Part shown: one piece after another, positions 59,968 to 64,000 of the stretch
Layout: every line of letters begins with the position of its first letter
Numbering within the stretch: position 1 is the first letter of the stretch
DNA from: Thermoproteota archaeon
GTDB taxonomy: Archaea; Thermoproteota; Thermoprotei_A; Sulfolobales; Ignisphaeraceae
DNA: 64,000 bases
NCBI GenBank assembly: GCA_030550585.1
Contig: JAUQPB010000003.1
Coordinates: 36,333-100,332, forward strand
Reading direction: 5' to 3'
Position numbers and translations under genes: made by a program
The notes under the pieces: generated by a model
Told to the model about the DNA's origin: nothing
Databases searched by the model: none
The model's input: only the letters and a program-made list of their open reading frames with translations

Positions 59968-60543
59968 CTACAACAAAAACAACTTTCTTCGGCAAGTGCA
60001 GTAATTAGGTAAATCTGCTAAACCTACCATTCCAGATTCTGTGAGCTGTCTTGCCTTGGGATTCGAAAACCCGTTGACATATATCCACACAGTTCTGCTA
60101 TGGTCATTCTCATCAATTATATGTTTGACGAATACTGGGCTCCAGCCCCTTATGGGAAAATCGAGTGTTGCTATAATGGTACAAGTGTCTAACTCATTTT
60201 CTAGTTTATTTGAAAGTGCTTCCAAGGTCGATGGATATAGATATGCATATACTATTGTTGGCTTCGGCTTTATGTTTGCCAGATCCACAGAGAAAAAGTC
60301 TTTGCATATAACATCAATTTTGTTCTCCATTCCATGCACCCTAAATGCTAGTTGCGCCACGTTACACAGAATCCTGTTGATCTCAATACATATTGTGTGG
60401 GCACCTGCCTTGGCAAACTCTAGAAGTACTCTTCCATCTCCGCAGCCAAGATCTAAGACAACGTCGCTGCTATTTACACCTAGCCCATACTTCAAATACT
60501 CTATTGGGGTTTTGGGAGATGGAATCCATGGAACTGTAGACAT
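59968..60543 (-). CDS. SAM-dependent methyltransferase, aKMT/FAM173-like protein-lysine MTase
   Basis: VPWIPSP, LDLGCGDGR, IEIN, YAYLYP, LDFPIRGW. Confidence 0.8.
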   Translation of the reverse strand: MSTVPWIPSPKTPIEYLKYGLGVNSSDVVLDLGCGDGRVLLEFAKAGAHTICIEINRILCNVAQLAFRVHGMENKIDVICKDFFSVDLANIKPKPTIVYAYLYPSTLEALSNKLENELDTCTIIATLDFPIRGWSPVFVKHIIDENDHSRTVWIYVNGFSNPKARQLTESGMVGLADLPNYCTCRRKLFLL

Positions 60544-60582
60544 ATTAGCCTTTCCTTCGATTTTATTGACTGGATTTTACAT

Positions 60583-60631
60583 GTGCTGAAAGCGCTCTTC
60601 GCTGAGTTATGATGAAGAGCAATCCAGCTGA
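60583..60631 (+). ncRNA. C/D-box-like sRNA or K-loop hairpin upstream of lysS
   Basis: GTGCTGA-aagcgctcttcg-CTGA-gtt-ATGATGA-agagcaatccag-CTGA. Confidence 0.6.
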
Positions 60632-60689
60632 GTTTTTAACTTCTACACCTAATTCTGGGCTGTGCAGAAGCTGGTTTGAGGCGTTGACG

Positions 60690-62240
60690 ATGTCTACTAC
60701 GCACAGGTTTTGGCGTTTTGTTGAGATTGGGGTAGATCCGTATCTCACAGAATATCGATATGATGTGACAACAACGCTTAGCGATATAAGAGCCAAGTAT
60801 AGCTATCTAGAGAAAGGAGGGGAGGCAAAAGAGAGATTTTCTGTTGCTGGAAGAATTATGGGGATTAGAAGGCATGGCAAGATAGTTTTTGCTGTACTAG
60901 ACGATGGTACAGCACAGCTACAGATAGTTTTTAGACATGATGTTCTAGGTGATGCAATGTGGAGGCTAGTTGAATTGCTTAACGTTGGTGACATAGTAGG
61001 TGTTAGAGGGAGACCTATTAAAACTCTTCGCGGAGAACTATCACTACTTGTCGAAGAGTTCAAGGTATTAGCTATTACATGGAGAGACTTCCCCGAGAAA
61101 TGGCATGGACTAGCAGATTCTGAGAAAAGATATAGAATGAGATACCTTGACATGATGCTAAACGAAGACGTTAGAAAGGCTATAATATCCATGTACAAAA
61201 TAGAGAAGGCATTTAGAGACTTCCTCGATTCAAGAGGTTTTATAGAGATTCATACACCAAAGCTACAAGCGGTGTATGGAGGGGCTCTAGCAAGACCATT
61301 TGTAACAAGAATGTATGCCCTTGATAGGGATGTTTATCTAAGTATAGCGCCAGAGACATATCTGAAGAGAGCTGTTGTAGCCAACCTCTTTAAGGTGTAT
61401 GAGATTGCCGTTTGCTTTAGAAATGAGGATATAGATGCCCAGCACTACCCAGAATTCGTACAAATAGAGATATACCAAGCCTTCTCAGATTGGCTAGACA
61501 TGATGAAGCTTGTAGAGGAAATGATTTCCAGTGCTATAAAGACTGTTTATGGCGACTATAAAATTGAGGTGAGTAGAGGAGAGGAAAAAGTAGTCCTCGA
61601 TTTTAACCCGCCATGGACTAGAATAACTATAGAGGATGCCATAGAAAAATTTGGCAACATAAAGATAAAGGGGAAGGACTACAACGAATTGATAGAAATC
61701 GCTAAGAGCCTAGATATAAAAATTGATGATCCGAGGAGAGGAAAGATCATAGAAAAGATCTTCGAGAAAGTTGCAGAACCAAAAATAGTCCAACCAACAT
61801 TCATAACAATGTTCCCTAGGGATGTATCCCCTCTTGCAAGGCCATCGAGAGAGGATCCAGAGTATGCTGAAAGATTCGAGATCTTCATAAACGGTCTTGA
61901 AGTAGGAAATGGCTACAGCGAGCTCAACAACCCCATTGTACAATACTATTTCTTCAAGAAGGAAGAGGAGCTGAGAATAAAGAGCAAGGAAAAATTTGGG
62001 GAGGTAGAACATCACCCAATGGACAAAGACTATGTTAGAGCTCTAGAATATGGCATGCCACCAACCGCAGGGGTTGGAATAGGCATTTACAGACTTGTTA
62101 TGATTCTCCATGGTCTTCCATCGATAAAGGATGTCATACCCTTCACCATAGTCGAACAAGACGATTTCAAGACCATTGCAGAGCAGTATAACGATATTTT
62201 GAACTACTATGTGGATAGACTCAAACTTGATAAGATATAG
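60690..62240 (+). CDS. lysS: Lysyl-tRNA synthetase, class II
   Basis: OB-fold VAGRIMGIRRHGK, RYRMRYLD, YLSIAPETYLKR, FRNED, GMPPTAGVGIG. Start ATG 60690 follows GAGG. Confidence 0.94.
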   Translation: MSTTHRFWRFVEIGVDPYLTEYRYDVTTTLSDIRAKYSYLEKGGEAKERFSVAGRIMGIRRHGKIVFAVLDDGTAQLQIVFRHDVLGDAMWRLVELLNVGDIVGVRGRPIKTLRGELSLLVEEFKVLAITWRDFPEKWHGLADSEKRYRMRYLDMMLNEDVRKAIISMYKIEKAFRDFLDSRGFIEIHTPKLQAVYGGALARPFVTRMYALDRDVYLSIAPETYLKRAVVANLFKVYEIAVCFRNEDIDAQHYPEFVQIEIYQAFSDWLDMMKLVEEMISSAIKTVYGDYKIEVSRGEEKVVLDFNPPWTRITIEDAIEKFGNIKIKGKDYNELIEIAKSLDIKIDDPRRGKIIEKIFEKVAEPKIVQPTFITMFPRDVSPLARPSREDPEYAERFEIFINGLEVGNGYSELNNPIVQYYFFKKEEELRIKSKEKFGEVEHHPMDKDYVRALEYGMPPTAGVGIGIYRLVMILHGLPSIKDVIPFTIVEQDDFKTIAEQYNDILNYYVDRLKLDKI

Positions 62241-62302
62241 CCACGGCATTGAAATTAATATACCGAGTAAAATAGTTATTTTAAGTTTAGAAGGCGACTA
62301 GA

Positions 62303-63112
62303 ATGCCAATAGGACCTGCTGAAATTTTTGGAATATTCCTTCTAATCATGATAATAGCTATAATACTCTCGAAATCCATTAGGATTGTTAGAGAATGGGA
62401 GAGAATGATTGTTCTAAGACTAGGGAAATATGTTGGGATTAGAGGACCTGGTCTAGTTTTCTTAGTGCCATTCATAGATAGAGGGATAATTGTTGATACA
62501 AGGATAAACACTGTTGATGTTCCTAAACAGGATGTTATAACAAGAGATAATGTAACCGTTAGAATAGATGCTGTGGTCTATTACAGAGTTCTAGACCCTG
62601 AAAAAGCTGTAATGAAAGTGAGGGACTATAACTATGCCATTGCAATGCTTGCACAAACAACTATAAGAGATGTGGTGGGGCAACTAGAATTAGATGATAT
62701 ACTGGCTCGCCGTGAGGAGATCAATAAGAGGGTTCAAAGCATAATTGATGAGATTACCGAGCCTTGGGGAGTCAAAGTTTCTATGGTCACCTTGAGAGCA
62801 GTTGAATTGCCGGAGGGTATGATAAGGGCTATGGCCTATCAGGCAGAAGCTGAGAGGATTAGGAGGGCGAGGATCATCGAAGCCGAGGCTGAAAGGTCTG
62901 CAGCAAAGATATTGCTAGAGGCTGCTTTGACCTATGAGCAGCATCCTGTGGCGCTTAGGCTTAGAGAGCTTCAGACATATGTTGATATTGCAAAAGAGAA
63001 GAACGTGATAATAATCACTGAGAGCGGTATCTCTAAAACAGTTGCAGAAGCTGTTGCATCGTCGCTGGCCATAGGAAAGATGAAACCTAGTGAAACAACA
63101 GGTAAAGAGTAG
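62303..63112 (+). CDS. Stomatin-like SPFH (band 7) protein
   Basis: N-terminal TM, GPGLVFLVPFID, QDVITRDNV, AQTTIR, QAEAERIRRA. Confidence 0.93.
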   Translation: MPIGPAEIFGIFLLIMIIAIILSKSIRIVREWERMIVLRLGKYVGIRGPGLVFLVPFIDRGIIVDTRINTVDVPKQDVITRDNVTVRIDAVVYYRVLDPEKAVMKVRDYNYAIAMLAQTTIRDVVGQLELDDILARREEINKRVQSIIDEITEPWGVKVSMVTLRAVELPEGMIRAMAYQAEAERIRRARIIEAEAERSAAKILLEAALTYEQHPVALRLRELQTYVDIAKEKNVIIITESGISKTVAEAVASSLAIGKMKPSETTGKE

Positions 63113-63118
63113 AACGCC

Positions 63119-64000
63119 ATGAAATTTGCAGACATATCTAAAGCAACTGTTTTTGTGCTTTTGGCGTTCTCATTCACAATAACACTTGTACAAAGCAGCA
63201 TAGCGAACTCTCAGACGGGATCAAATGCTGTTCTAATAAGAATACAAGGGTCGATGGAAACAATAGATGTTCCAACAGAGCTTTACATCAAAGAGGCTTT
63301 GTCGCTTGCCGAGCAACGAAACGTGCCACTAGTAGTTGTGGTAGACAGTTATGGTGGCTACATGGACTCTATGATCAACATCGCTAATGCCTTTCTGAAT
63401 GCGAGAATCCCCGTACTGGGTTATATAGCCGACAAGGCGATGAGCGCTGCAAGCATAATTGTACAGCCAATGCACATCGTGGGTATATCGCCATATGGTG
63501 TTATAGGTGCTGCTCAACCAATATCAGTAAACCCTGTTACAGGCCAGTATGAGTTTATCAATGAGAGTAAGATAATAAATAGTGTTGTGGCTATGGCCAC
63601 AAGATATGCGGAGGCTAGGGGCAGAAACTCGACAGCTGTTGTAATGTTTATTACAAAGAACCTAGTTTTAAAGGGTGAAGAAGCTGTTAGAGAAAAGGTT
63701 GTTGATGTTGTTGCAAACGATTTAAACGATTTCATAGCAAAGGTTAATGGTAGGATAGTGACGGTCGAGCATGATGGGACTAAAGTAAATTATACAATAG
63801 ATATAGCAGGATTGGACGAGTTTTCCCCACCTATATACATACAGATATATGGCTATCTAAGAGACCCTACAGTAAATTCGATTCTATGGTTTATAGGGTT
63901 CTTCGGAACGTTCATAGCTCTTCTCTCTGGCAGAATAGATATTTTGCCAATCACAATAGTGTTTCTATTACTAGCATTGCTCGGAGGCTCAATAAACATA
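63119..64000 (+). CDS. NfeD/STOPP membrane-bound ClpP-class protease (partial, runs off window)
   Basis: Read manually from ATG 63119: signal peptide, VDSYGG, KAMSAAS, GAAQPI; downstream of stomatin. Confidence 0.85.
   Translation, partial: MKFADISKATVFVLLAFSFTITLVQSSIANSQTGSNAVLIRIQGSMETIDVPTELYIKEALSLAEQRNVPLVVVVDSYGGYMDSMINIANAFLNARIPVLGYIADKAMSAASIIVQPMHIVGISPYGVIGAAQPISVNPVTGQYEFINESKIINSVVAMATRYAEARGRNSTAVVMFITKNLVLKGEEAVREKVVDVVANDLNDFIAKVNGRIVTVEHDGTKVNYTIDIAGLDEFSPPIYIQIYGYLRDPTVNSILWFIGFFGTFIALLSGRIDILPITIVFLLLALLGGSINI

Noticed and set aside
60609-60689. 27-aa N-terminal extension of LysRS in the ORF track
   Set aside because: The upstream ATG is part of a C'-box-like motif; ATG 60690 has an SD-like GAGG.

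Overview
Chromosomal segment of a hyperthermophilic crenarchaeon. Gene content and style suggest Desulfurococcales, possibly Ignisphaera-like (inference). In order it holds: the end of a CRISPR array; a PadR-regulated operon (ABC ATPase, 1572-aa surface protein, FtsX-type permease, M28 peptidase, RavA/ViaA-like pair); a convergent MoxR-DUF58 cluster; a ribosome-biogenesis/translation cluster (Dim2, Rio1, aIF-1A, Nmd3, aIF-2beta); an orphan secreted-protein pair; MtaB; GH12 endoglucanase and GH94 cellobiose phosphorylase; an ~12.5-kb corrinoid uptake/salvage locus; a tRNA-Arg-adjacent island with a secreted protein and ABC exporter; tRNA-Leu; five C/D-box sRNA candidates; and housekeeping genes (UDG, aKMT, class II LysRS, stomatin/NfeD). 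The strongest leads are: (1) a cobamide salvage operon extended by a SerK-like kinase and two stand-alone ATP-dependent amide ligases, plus a divergent signal-less BtuF-like/radical SAM pair; (2) an apparent AUA start codon on aIF-1A; (3) two candidate archaeocin or toxin-immunity loci. All calls come from motif recognition by eye; no searches were run.
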